Shown: piece by piece, positions 1-17,834 of the stretch
Numbering within the stretch: position 1 is the stretch's first letter
How the letters are laid out: every line of letters starts with the position of its first letter
Assembly: GCA_051294375.1 (NCBI GenBank)
Contig: CM119266.1
Coordinates: forward strand, 26,924,551-26,988,550
DNA from: Paraspadella gotoi
Taxonomy: Eukaryota; Animalia; Chaetognatha
Direction: 5' to 3'
Length of the DNA stretch: 64,000 nt
Program-made: the position numbers and the translations under genes
Notes under the pieces: model-generated
Told to the model about the DNA's origin: nothing
The model's database searches: none
Seen by the model: the letters and a program-made list of their open reading frames with translations, nothing else

Positions 1-6678
<6,678 letters not shown>

Positions 6679-7425
6679 CGTCGTTAGAAACAATACAGCT
6701 TTAGAGGGCCTAGTGTATCCCCCTCAATTTCGCCCACTCTTCACCGTGAACTATCCATTCTTGAAGCTTGGAGGGCGACCATTTGATGCCTCGATGCGGA
6801 TAACCAAAATTAAGGAGAAGATTTATTGACCAAATATAGCAGCTGATGGTGGAAATCTCAAGACGAGGAATTGAAGACGCCCGCGTTTTCCAGATACCCA
6901 ATCCTCTCTTCCTCTCCCTCATATAAAAATAAGGAAAAAAAACCTTTCGCCCTAATGTCTCGCCATCGCCCGTTCAAAGTGCAGCAGCCAAATACTGCCA
7001 ATGTATTTGGTTGAATTCCACTTTTCTAGTCAAAAGTTGGTTTGGCTACCATGAGTATTTCCGGGATCGTTAACTACCTTTTTCTCGTGTTCCTTATTTC
7101 TTTCGTGTTTTCTCTCTCTTTCTCTCTTTGTGCGAAAATTTGTATTCATCGCCGTTTATACAAAGATATAAGTAATTTGTTTAACTATCATGTTAACGAG
7201 TTCCTTTTTATGCTCTCTATGGTCCCTTTTATCTAGTCAGTTAAAGAATGTCTGTCTCTTTGTTCACTAAAGCTTGTTAGAAACGAATTTGATATCATGG
7301 ACTTGGGTTACATTTAAGTGCAATCATTTAAGCTCTATTCTATTGACGAGGCATATTTTTACTTTTTTATTCGATCATTTATCGGTTTTGTGTGTCAAAA
7401 TGTAACAGGAATTGAAGGAAGAACG

Positions 7426-8658
7426 ATGATCGTCGCGAAAGCGTTGACGAGGGTGCTCCTTATTCTTCCGACTCTTAGCGTTAAATCGAATTTGGCGACC
7501 GTTTTATTTTCCTCTTCCCCGGCAGCCTCGCCAGCCCCCTCGCCCCTCAATGCTACTTGGGCATCTCAAAGCGGAATGTCGGCTCGAAAATTCCGAAAGG
7601 TTAATTTGTTTTGTTTTTTTTACTCTTCTTTCTCTAATCAAGATTTTTTTCTGCTATCTTATAGTCTTGGAACAGTTTCGTTTTTTCCTTCCCCGGTGCA
7701 CACAAAGTTGTCGCTCCGATCAAAATCAATGCGGTGATTTCCCTTTCGACGGCGAGGGAGATCGTGACGGGACCCGGGGTCGCTCGTCGTTTGGACTGCC
7801 TCCCCTCCGCCAACAACGCTGCGTGCAACTTGTGCGACGTGCGATTCGAAACGGAAGTAAGGACGTTGATATGGTAAATTGGTAATGTCCCCCTCAGTAT
7901 TGAGGCTTTAAACTAATTTGCAAAAGAGAAAATAAAAATCCGAATAAATCTCGCAGTTTTTCAACCACCGAATCATCCTCCCGCTTCCGCGACGCCGCTT
8001 CGCCGCTTTTGTCGGTTCCTACCGCGATCTCGCCTTTCGACGACGCCGCTTTTATCGCCGCCCCGCCGAATCCACTACGGCGGTGTCGACGGCGGCGCTT
8101 CCCACGCCCGCCGTCGACCGCGTCGATTACTTCCTCGGCTGGGACGCCGGCGTCGTTCGTCCGCGCAACATTTCCGTCGATGAGCGGAATTCTAGTTTGG
8201 GGGGAAAAGACGACATAGTCTGCGTTCCACATTGGATGGTAAGTCGTTCACCTCCTACTTCGATAACACATAAGGATCGTACTAATTCCTACTTCCTCTT
8301 TTAGACAACCGTCCAATGCACTGCCCGCGTAGAAAAAGCCCAAGGAAACCCAACGCTTTCGACGACCGAGGCGTCCTATCGTGTTTCCATGGTGATCGAC
8401 CTTGAGTCTTTCGGTCTGCTCATCCGCAGACTGCTCGACGCCGCAGATGGACGAGTTCCTATCGGAAATACGGTAAATGTGTGATGGCTTGCGACGACTA
8501 CGATTAAAGAACCATTTTTTTTTAATGACGAAACCCTCTTCTTTGCTCCCTCCACTCTTTCCACCCTTCATCATTTACAGATGAACGTCGACGAAGACGC
8601 TTTTTTCAACATCATGGAAAAAGTTAACGGACGTCGTCTGTTGCGACACCCAGATTAA
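7426..8658 (+). CDS. Orphan protein (~300 aa) with possible N-terminal signal/targeting peptide; 5 exons
   Basis: Exons 7426-7599, 7665-7856, 7957-8238, 8305-8472 and 8581-8658 all join in phase 0 through GT-AG introns without stops (MIVAKALTRVLLILPTLSV..KFRK|SWNSFVFSFPGAHK..CNLCDVRFETE|FFNHRII..CVPHWM|TTVQC..|MNVDEDAFF..RHPD*). AATAAA overlaps and follows the stop. No family recognised. Confidence 0.7.
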
Positions 8659-9382
8659 TAAATAAAACAACAAAACAATTGATCTTTTTACTATTGCTCC
8701 CATTTATTTTTGATATTTTTTAACTTACATCTTTCTGCCTTTTTACCTTTCAATTCTCCAAAACTTTTTACCTATCGCTGCTCGTATTTGGTTTTTTTAT
8801 AACATTTGTGAGCCTCATGACCGTTTTACGAGTTTTTACCAGTTTTTATCATACGTCTCTTTTTAACTTTAATTTGATTTTTACAGGTAACATGATAGTT
8901 CCGTGGAGGAATCAGCCTGTAGCCATCTTCAATAAAATCCCGAAAGTAAAGCCAATCGCAGTGCTTCGTTTAAATACAATCGACCATAGATTTAGGAACG
9001 CGAGGTGTTATTTATGCACGAACCGTTCGTTGGAATAAAGATTTTATATAAATTGACAAACAGATTGTCAGTGTAAATATATGTATAATTTTTGGCGAAA
9101 CGTTTATAAATATTACAAGATTGCAACATTTGAATTTGCATATATAGATAGTATACCTAGCTAGTTTTATTCTTGTAAATTGTCTATAACATAACTTTTT
9201 TTCGCATAATATCAGAGAAGGTTTAATTTAGTTTTCGTGCGTAAAAATTCCTCGTTTACGGCCGACAGCTCGAACGAGACCAGCGACCATTGCTGTAATC
9301 CAGCGCATATTAGCCCAAAACTGCCGTCATTAAATTCGCCCCGTTTCATTGTCGCTCTTGGAAAATTGCGACCCAAAGGAAG

Positions 9383-10124
9383 ATGTCAAACCGCGACCCA
9401 ACGATATTGGCCGAGACCCCGTCTTTTGTTCGACGTCGGGTTCGTCAGTCCTTCTCCGACTGTCCGTCCCTTCGCGCTTCAAGCCCTATCCCGATTCCGG
9501 AAATTGAACAAAAGATCCAGGTCCACCAGCGGTCCGCCTCTTTCTCCGCCGCCCGAGTCGTCAAGGAGGGAAGTCAACGTTTACGTGAGCGAGCCGAAAC
9601 GCCGACGAAAGCGAGGCGCCGTCCCTCCGTAGTCGGCCTCCCCGACGCTTTTTCCGGTCTTTCCATGACCCCGGAATCTCCCATGGCGGGGACGACGACG
9701 ACCACGGCGGTGATCAAATTTCATCCGCTTTTGATTTCTCAGACTCAACCGAAATTTGAGGAGGACGAAGACAAAGAAGATCTAAGGGTAATACGTATAA
9801 TTGGTCTGCCAGTTAAATTGCTATTATTTTCTAATTTGGTTGAAGGGTATGAAAAAGGGGAAAAGTGTGAGAATCGCCAGGAGAACTCAATAGGCCAAGC
9901 ACCATTTTTTTACTCTAATTTTAAACAACAATTAGCCACTAAAGGAGATAAAAAAAGGGAACTATCCATTGGATCCAAGTCAAGTCTACGTACTGACTGA
10001 ATCTATTTAATTCCTGGAAAGAGCCCGAATTGATTTTTTTATAAATAAGTCTTTACTTAATATCTTATACACATAATTTACCAAATTACAGGAACCGAAG
10101 TCCAAGGTAAAGAACAGGAAGTGA
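9383..10124 (+). CDS. Putative small Ser/Arg/Pro-rich disordered protein (exon 9383-9787, probable exon 10092-10124)
   Basis: GC-rich ORF from ATG 9383 with a GT donor after ..EDKEDLR; a phase-0 acceptor at 10091 gives EPKSKVKNRK*. It may instead be linked to the downstream gene. Confidence 0.45.
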
Positions 10125-10500
10125 TGAGTCAAGTTGTTTAAGGAAGAGATCTCGATCTCATTAGTTTTATGACTCAATGTTCATTGAGGAGTGAAAAGTT
10201 GAAAACCGCAAAACTGCGATTGTTACATTTACAGCTGGCTAAAACTAGATTTAGGCTTAGGGTCATTATAATCTTTTATTTATTTGAAAATTAGTTCCTT
10301 AAATTTATTCATAAGTATTCATTGTGGGATATCCAGTGTGTATTTGAAGTCAGCACGCGAAATCTTTTCTTTGGCGGAAGGAAGAGTTGGTTATTTCCTT
10401 CAAGTCAGCCTTTTAAAACGATTTATTATGGCGCGTAAATTTAAAAATTAAATTTCAAATTAAAAAAAGTTGGTAATGATCTCTAAGGTTAACTCGAACT

Positions 10501-13500
10501 ATGCCATCGAGTCGTTTCTCCGGTATTACAGTAACTACTATATTTGAAAATATTTTTCCTCGCCACGAGCAGGACGAGGACATTTTCGATTCTCTTCCAA
10601 CTCCGCCATCGACGCCGCAGCACGGTCTGCGCTGCGCGATTACGATGGCACCGGTTTCGGAGTCAGCCTCCCCCTTGTTTCCCGTCTGTTCGGTGCCGTC
10701 GACGGTCACGGAGTTTGACTCACTGCGGCCGCCGCCGATGACGTCGAGGTCAACATCGCCCTCTATTCCTATTCCAGGTTTTTTTCACTATATTTTAATT
10801 AACACGACTCAAAATATAGGGTCCAACTCCGGAAATAATATAAAATTTCGACTATGCAAATTCTTTTAAGTTGTCTTGACTAAATATTTGAGCATTAATT
10901 TAAAAAAAAAATTTACATTATACGTCTTGATTAATACATTAAATATTACTTGTCTTTTTTCACATTTTTTTTTTAAATCTTCAAATTGTTTGATGGATTC
11001 TGATAGAGCATAAAAAGTTACAGGAAATATAATTATTGCTTTTAAAAATTCCTAGTACGTTTTTTAAGTGAAAATATAAAAGTTTACGGTTTTTCTTATT
11101 TTTAAGCGAGTGCTTATCATGAAAATATTTAAAAAATAATTATACTTTGTGTAGACAACTTTTTATGAGCTATCTGAATATGGTCCTAAAATTTAAAAAT
11201 GATCAAAAAGTTAATTATTTGGGTATAGACTCTAGAGCCATATAAGAAATGTCTTGTCCATTGAAAGTCTATTTAAAAATGTATAAATTTTCATTTGAGC
11301 ATGTTTATAATAATTACAATCATTCTAAATTTTTTTTAGTATATATATATATATAGTATATATTGGTTGTACCAATTTCATATAAATAATATAAAATGAA
11401 ATATAAAGTAAAAATTTAAAAAATAATCACATCCTAGTCTTGTCTCGTTACCTACATATTTTTCTCTTATCGCGGAATTTAATTTGAAAGTTAGCCAAAA
11501 ACTTACGAGCGTTCCGACAAAAGTATCTTTGCCATAACCAAGACTAGGAAATACAGAAAGTAGTCGGTAAATATAAGTAATAATCCCATCCGACAGGGAA
11601 ATCCGTGCAATGCCCGGACGGCGACGACGACGATCCTAGCGTTTCTTCGGCATCGTTTTCCTTCGAGTCGGCGTTGGAACGACGAGCATTTGACGGACGC
11701 GTTATGGCGGCGGTGTCGCCGCCGATTTTTCGTGTTGGCAGCGACAGCGATTCTACACAGAATTCGCCGGAGATCGGCCACGGGTTATATGAATTGATTT
11801 TATCTTTCGATATCCTTAAAATGACTTTAAGAATTAAGATAGATTAATCTCACAATATCCCCGCCCAAATTGATAAAGGTCCGGGTCGTCGTCGTCCATT
11901 CGTGTTCCCAGTTTTGCCTTCAACGCCGCGCGGCGCCGTTATGGTCTTTTCGGCAGCCTCAATTTTGCAGCCTCGCCTCTTGGTCGAGAACCCGCCTCAC
12001 TTTTTGAGATGAGGGTAAATTTAGAGTAAAGTTTCTGCAAGTCTGGGCGTACCTTTACTATAAAGACTCTTTTATAATCTCGCAGCTTTCTTCGCCCCCC
12101 CCTATGCACCGACCTGATACCGAACCGGAACTAGCCGGATCAGTGAGATCAGATCTGGACGCGGACGACGAAGGCCCTCCTCCGAGGCTGGTTCATTCAG
12201 TCGCCAACCTGCCGGACATTGTTCCCAGGTAGTACTGCGATATTGTTTATTAGGCCGGAACAGGTTGAAAGCTAAAGTTCTCTCAAATAAATAATGGTAA
12301 AGTGACTGTTAGAGAATATGAAAATAAAAATAGTTTTAAAAAATTATCTTATTAATAAGCGCACGGAAGCCTTTAAAGATTATTTTATTACTATATAAAG
12401 TTGAAAAATTTTTTTTGAATTTTTCAATTTTTTTTGATAGATTTTGTTACATAAAGGTTATTAATACAAATTTTTTAAAAAATTTTGTTTTATTGATAAA
12501 AATTTTAAAAAACTATAAAATTCAGCCAATGTCAATGATGATGATGATGATTTTTAAACGTTTTTTTTTGTTTTTAACCAATTTCTTATCAAAATTTTAA
12601 AAAATTGTAGTACTAACTTTCATTTAATTTTTCAAGCTCTATAGGAATCCGTTCTTAAAAAATAAATTTTTTTAAAAAAAATTTGTCATTTGTTATATAT
12701 TAATAAATATTTAAAAGCTTCAGTGCAACAACCCAATGAACTAATTCAAAAAGTTGCATTGAAAATCTATTTAGTAATAGAAGGAAAAAAGAAATTTTTT
12801 TGAGAGAATTAGAAGTTATAAAAAGTGTTCAATTTTGGCCCGCCTTATTGTTTATGGCTGCATACGAATACGATAATACGTGATACTATTGTAACAACCG
12901 GGTTGCCTGTGATGGCCATTGGGATGGGGCATCTCACTGTTGGCTTTTAGGGGCTACCGATGCTTAGTGACGCCTCCTGTCACTGGTGCGGTTACCCTAG
13001 GACGGTGTCGCTTTCCCAACGCAGAGGGAAGTCGTGAGGACTGTTGATGGATGGGACGCTTGGGATGGGGCCAATGGGATAGTGGATGTGAGGCGGTGTG
13101 AATATACTGCCACAATACCCTAATACTGACAGAGTAATTTAGCATTTTTCCCTATTCTTTCCAGCGAGGAGCGTCGGCAAACGGAGTCTACTTCCGGTCA
13201 AATTCGCGTGGAACGTCAGATAATCATGGAATTAAACCTCATCGCGGAAGAGATCGAGGCGCGCCTAGATCGAGGGGATCGTTTTGACGCCGTCCCCGTT
13301 AGGACGCCGCAGCCGCTCCGCTCGTCCGGATCGGCGCCGGCGCAGACGTGGCGCCGCCTGGTTAGACGCATATCTTGGTGGACGGGAAGGCGTCGTGTCC
13401 GCTCGGAAAATCAAGGCTGCGCCGTGGGCGGACAGGGCGCCCCGGCTCAAGACGATGGTGTCCCGGAAGGCCCATTAGCCAGGGCGGAAGACCGTATACA

Positions 13501-13519
13501 GAGATTCGAGAGTCCATAG
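10501..13519 (+). CDS. Disordered protein with Bmf/Bim-like motifs (candidate BH3-only protein); 5 exons
   Basis: Exons 10501-10777, 11597-11783, 11879-12014, 12086-12228 and 13165-13519 join in phases 1, 2, 0, 2 with no stops. The product contains EQDEDIFD, PLFP, GKSVQCP and ERQIIMELNLIAEEIEARL, then an amphipathic TWRRLVRRISWW. The gene model is solid; the function is inferred. Confidence 0.7.
12253..12845. mobile_element. MITE-like element copy 2 (lacks the hammerhead insertion)
   Basis: Ends and internal blocks are homologous to 3541-4285. Confidence 0.65.
12887..13114. mobile_element. 228-bp interspersed element (copy 2), 4-bp TSD ATAC
   Basis: Homologous to 349-603. ATAC at 12883-12886 and 13115-13118. 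Confidence 0.85.
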
Positions 13520-15101
13520 GGATGTCACTCATTTGGTTTTTTCCCCCCAAGTTGACATTTTTAAAAGAGTTGCTGCTTTCGTTCGAATTTATATTAATAC
13601 TATTATGAATATTGAATTAATGAATATTGTGGAGAGTAAATTGGAAGACTGGAATTTTTTCTTGACCTTGTTTTTATCTCGAATCCTTCCTTCAATAAGA
13701 AAGAGAGTGAGAGAGAGAGAGCTGCCCTCAAAAAATCTTTTATTCCTCCGAATTCTCAATTATTAATGTTTAACGTAATTTTTTTATTCCTTTGTCTCCC
13801 ATTTTTTTATTGTATTCGTAGTATTCTGACTTAATCTCATCTTCGAAGTCTGAATCTCTTGCATTTCAGAAAACGATTACATATTATTTTTTTTCACACG
13901 ATTGGAAAGAATTCTCTGACCTTGGAATGCCGTAGGCACGCGTATTCTTTTCGAAGAATTTTTTTCCGTGTCATTCGCCTTTTTTGGTAATTGTACCGGT
14001 GCATTTGTGCTGTATATAATCTATTTTATATTGTATATATTTCGGCTGTCGTTTTCCTCCTCCGTTCGGATTTTAATTTACGATAATGTTATCAGAGATT
14101 AGAGCGTAGAGGTAATATTATGTACCAGATTGTCTTGGTCTTTGGGCAAGTGTTCTCTCTCTACATAAATTTTCTAGCAATTTAATGAAGTTTATTTTAG
14201 CAATTGGGAGTTTACTATTTTTCCGCGTGAATATTTCACATTTCCGCGATATTATACTTTTATTGCTGTGGATTTTAAAAAACAATTATTTTAAAATGGT
14301 TCTTTTTCATTTAGGTTTTTCCATATTACACTTTGGAGCCCTGAATTCAAGATAGTTGGCTAGAAATGATTATTAAAAAACTTTCTTCGTTTATTTGATA
14401 ATTTAAAACTTTAATAATAATGAAACTCACCCCGCTAATTTAAATTTTTAATCGCTTCTGCAAAATAATCCGCTTTGTCCGTCTGTTGGCCACCTCTCGT
14501 TGATCAGTCAACCATTTAGAACAACTTATGTATGTAAAAAATACGATGTCTAATCGTCCGTCTGTGCAATTCAGCAGAAATTTTGTAACTGGGTGAAAAA
14601 TTAAACTGAAAATTTTATCTTATCTTACCTTAAATCGAATCTTTTTCACAAATTTTATATTAATAATAATAGATTTATAATTAGCAGATTAGCTGATTAT
14701 TCGGCTAAATTATCGCGGGCGTACGCGCGATTGTTCATCCTAACTTGTTTGGGACCTAATTAATTTTAGTTAAACTTGATTATACTACTGTATGTAGTAG
14801 TGATGTGAAAATGAGAAAATTAAAATTTAGCATATAAAACATGAAAATAAAAGCCAATAAAAATACTTGGTAAATTTATTTTTTAATTTTATACATTATT
14901 GGGCACCAGTGAGCTATGTTTATATATAGTAAAAAGTATATAATAGGTTAAAATTTTTAGTTTTCCAGATATAACTGCTAAATTTTGATTCTAAACTTTC
15001 ACTTCACACTAGTATGTAGTTACTACTAGTTAAATATTTACTTTAGTTCACCCAAAGTGTTCTGAGATTTGAAAATAAATTAATTTCCCCTCACCACCGT
15101 A

Positions 15102-17129
15102 ATGGCTTCGCCGCTCAAAGACGCGTTTCTACCGCGTTCGGTCACCGCTCGAGAATTCACGACGACGCCCACCCTGCGGGGTCGCCGGCACGGACGGTCC
15201 GGCGGTGCCACCTCCGTCCCTGTCCCCTCTAAATCTGTTCCGGATTTAACCCGCTGTCTTCGCGTCTCGCGTCCCGCTTCTGGCCCCGCCCACTATTTGA
15301 AACAGAAGGAGATAGAGATGGACGACGGAGTTTCCCACTTGAAGCCAATTTATCACCGCAAAAACGATATCCTTTTCGTCGAATTTCCGACCACGGAAGA
15401 CGCCAGTAAGGCCGCGAACATCCTGCGACAGTTCAAAGTCAGCGGAGTCTCGGCCACGATCGAGATGGAGAACTGCGCACTGCGCGAAAGCGGCGCGGCA
15501 GCGGGAGCGGCGGCGGCCGACGCACAGATGAAGCGAATCGACGCTTTGATTAAGGTTCACATTTGGAGAAACTTTTTTTTTGGTGATAAACTTGCAGATC
15601 ATTCCATGGTGTCATTTTTTTCGAAGTCACATTATGACAATCCTCGCAAACCCGGAGGCGGAAGCGCATCTTTCAAACCGGCGAATCTGAAGAACCAAAA
15701 GGAATCTCATTCGAAAGCCAAAACTCGAGACGACGACGACGACGATCCCTTTAATCTTGGAGGCATCAAAGACCCCCGTGCGAACAGGGAACTTGATTCG
15801 TTGGCGCCGCGAAAGTCATCGCCTGGTTTAACGCCTGTTAATATGCTTTGTCAGTCTTCTCGTTCTAACCTCGGATCAGTTTCGGTCAATGCTTCCCCTG
15901 GCTCATACAGACCCTTAACACCGCGCGATAGCGATGGCGGGAACGGGAACGCGACCACTCCGATATTTCCCCCCAAATTGTCGCCCGAATCGGCTGAGAG
16001 AAACAGAGCTTTATGGCGCGGTGGGCCCGCGCAGCCTATTCCCCAACCGCCACCGACGTCGACGCCGCAGTTGGCAAAAACGTCGACGCCGCGGTTGGAT
16101 TCCACTTCGACCCCCGATTTTTCAGCCTTCGACGATCAATCGAAAACGGCGTTGCTGGGATTGGCAGATTTGATCGAGGCACAGTGGCGCCGCTTGGACG
16201 CCTCATGGCAGGAGCTGGACCAGAGCCGACGCCGTCTCGATCAAGACCGTCAGACTTTGGAAAAAGAGCGCCAGACGCTCGACCGAGAGCGAAGGGCGGT
16301 GGAGCAGCAGCGACAGGCGCTGGATCGGGATAGAAAATCGTGGGAGCGCGATCGGAGGTCGCTGGAGTCGGAGAAGCTGCGCCACAAAAACGACGCGGCC
16401 GTGGAATGGAAGAGGCTTTCAATGGAGCGTCGCCTCCTTCTGGAGCGAATTGTCGACGACGACGCTGCCGAATTCGGGACGCGCGACGTACGCAGATTCG
16501 ACGATGCTAACCTCGTCATACATCGGGAGACGTGCCGTCCTATGGAGACCGCTGGGCCCGCCGCGCAAACCTTGGAGGACTTGTTGCGGTGGGACGATTA
16601 TCCCGGACCTTCGCCGCTGACGCCGTCGTCGGCGAAGAATAAGGCGCCGATGTCGATGAATTTGCCGTCGCCCATATTAAGTCCCCGCGGGTCGACGCCG
16701 TCGCCGACGCCCCTCGACATCGTCCTCGATGAGTTGGATTTGCAGGGGTTCGAAGCCAAGGCGGCCGAAGCAGCCGTCGCCTTCCAATCGATCATCGATC
16801 GTAATAATAATGCCGCTTCGGGATTATGCGGCGGGGTCAATGAGAGTGAGAGTAAAGGGAAAGAGATGGAGGTATTAGAAAAAAAAGGGGTGGAAGAAGG
16901 GAAAGGGGTGGAAGAAACGGAGGTGGAAGAGAAAGAAATTATTGATCAGGGTGAAAGTGAAGGCGTGGCAAATTTTTTAGATTGCAATGACGGCGGTCAC
17001 AATGAGGAAGAAAAAGAGCAAAATGACGAGTGTTCAACCGATGACTTCGAAGTCCGCAAATCGGAACATCTGGGTGATGCCCGGGGGTCCGACGACCCTC
17101 CTCCGTTAACCGTTATCGATGACCCGTGA
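15102..17129 (+). CDS. Intronless 675-aa protein: degenerate RRM-like region, Ser/Pro-rich linker, heptad coiled coil, acidic tail
   Basis: Long GC-rich ORF in AT-rich flanks. ILFVEFPTTEDASKAANIL resembles RNP1 plus helix B. The LDQSRRR-LDQDRQT-LEKERQT-LDRERRA repeats are heptads. Confidence 0.75.
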   Translation: MASPLKDAFLPRSVTAREFTTTPTLRGRRHGRSGGATSVPVPSKSVPDLTRCLRVSRPASGPAHYLKQKEIEMDDGVSHLKPIYHRKNDILFVEFPTTEDASKAANILRQFKVSGVSATIEMENCALRESGAAAGAAAADAQMKRIDALIKVHIWRNFFFGDKLADHSMVSFFSKSHYDNPRKPGGGSASFKPANLKNQKESHSKAKTRDDDDDDPFNLGGIKDPRANRELDSLAPRKSSPGLTPVNMLCQSSRSNLGSVSVNASPGSYRPLTPRDSDGGNGNATTPIFPPKLSPESAERNRALWRGGPAQPIPQPPPTSTPQLAKTSTPRLDSTSTPDFSAFDDQSKTALLGLADLIEAQWRRLDASWQELDQSRRRLDQDRQTLEKERQTLDRERRAVEQQRQALDRDRKSWERDRRSLESEKLRHKNDAAVEWKRLSMERRLLLERIVDDDAAEFGTRDVRRFDDANLVIHRETCRPMETAGPAAQTLEDLLRWDDYPGPSPLTPSSAKNKAPMSMNLPSPILSPRGSTPSPTPLDIVLDELDLQGFEAKAAEAAVAFQSIIDRNNNAASGLCGGVNESESKGKEMEVLEKKGVEEGKGVEETEVEEKEIIDQGESEGVANFLDCNDGGHNEEEKEQNDECSTDDFEVRKSEHLGDARGSDDPPPLTVIDDP

Positions 17130-17834
17130 GGATTAGTTATTGTATTGGTATTGATTATTGAACTTTCATAAACTGAGCGAATTAGAAATGTTACTTGTCG
17201 TTTCCTGTTTAATCAACTTTTGTGTTTTGTTTTTTCCTTTTATAGAAATAGCGTTTCTAGTACTTTCGAGTTTAGCAGTTGTTTTGATCTGATGCTTCAT
17301 CCCTCGATGGTGTATTTTTTTAGAATTAGTCATTTTCTTAACTCACGAAAATACGTGAACTGGTTTTCTTCAATTATGTACATTTTTCCTCCTGATTTTT
17401 TTGTTTTTTTGTCGAAGGCCTGTGTTTTTTGCTTTTCTATCATCCGAGCTGAAGGCTGGAGTCGGATCCGCTTACGTTTGTCCTACGTATTGATTACCAG
17501 TTACCCGCCTCAAGTTGTCCGTTGTTAACGTGAAATAAGAACTATACTAATCGATTCCATCGTATGTTTGGAAACAGAAACATTCAGTCTTAATCTGGTC
17601 TCTCAAAGGTGAAATGTTTCAAACAAAAGGCGAACGGATTGTATCTTACGTGCTTTGGTTATTGTGGTAAATTTTTTCCACAAAAAATGAAAAGAACTCG
17701 TCTTTATACAGTTGTAAATTCTTTGTCCTCAATTTAACTTAAAATTTTCAGGCCCTCGTATAATAAAGTTAACATTTCAGTTTGACTGGTATCATATCAT
17801 ATCTTTTGTTTTTACCTGACAAAAGCCTGCTACC

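Noticed and set aside
15555-15597. Possible 43-nt intron in the 675-aa ORF
   Set aside because: GT..AG is present but removal would shift the frame, and the ORF is open without it.
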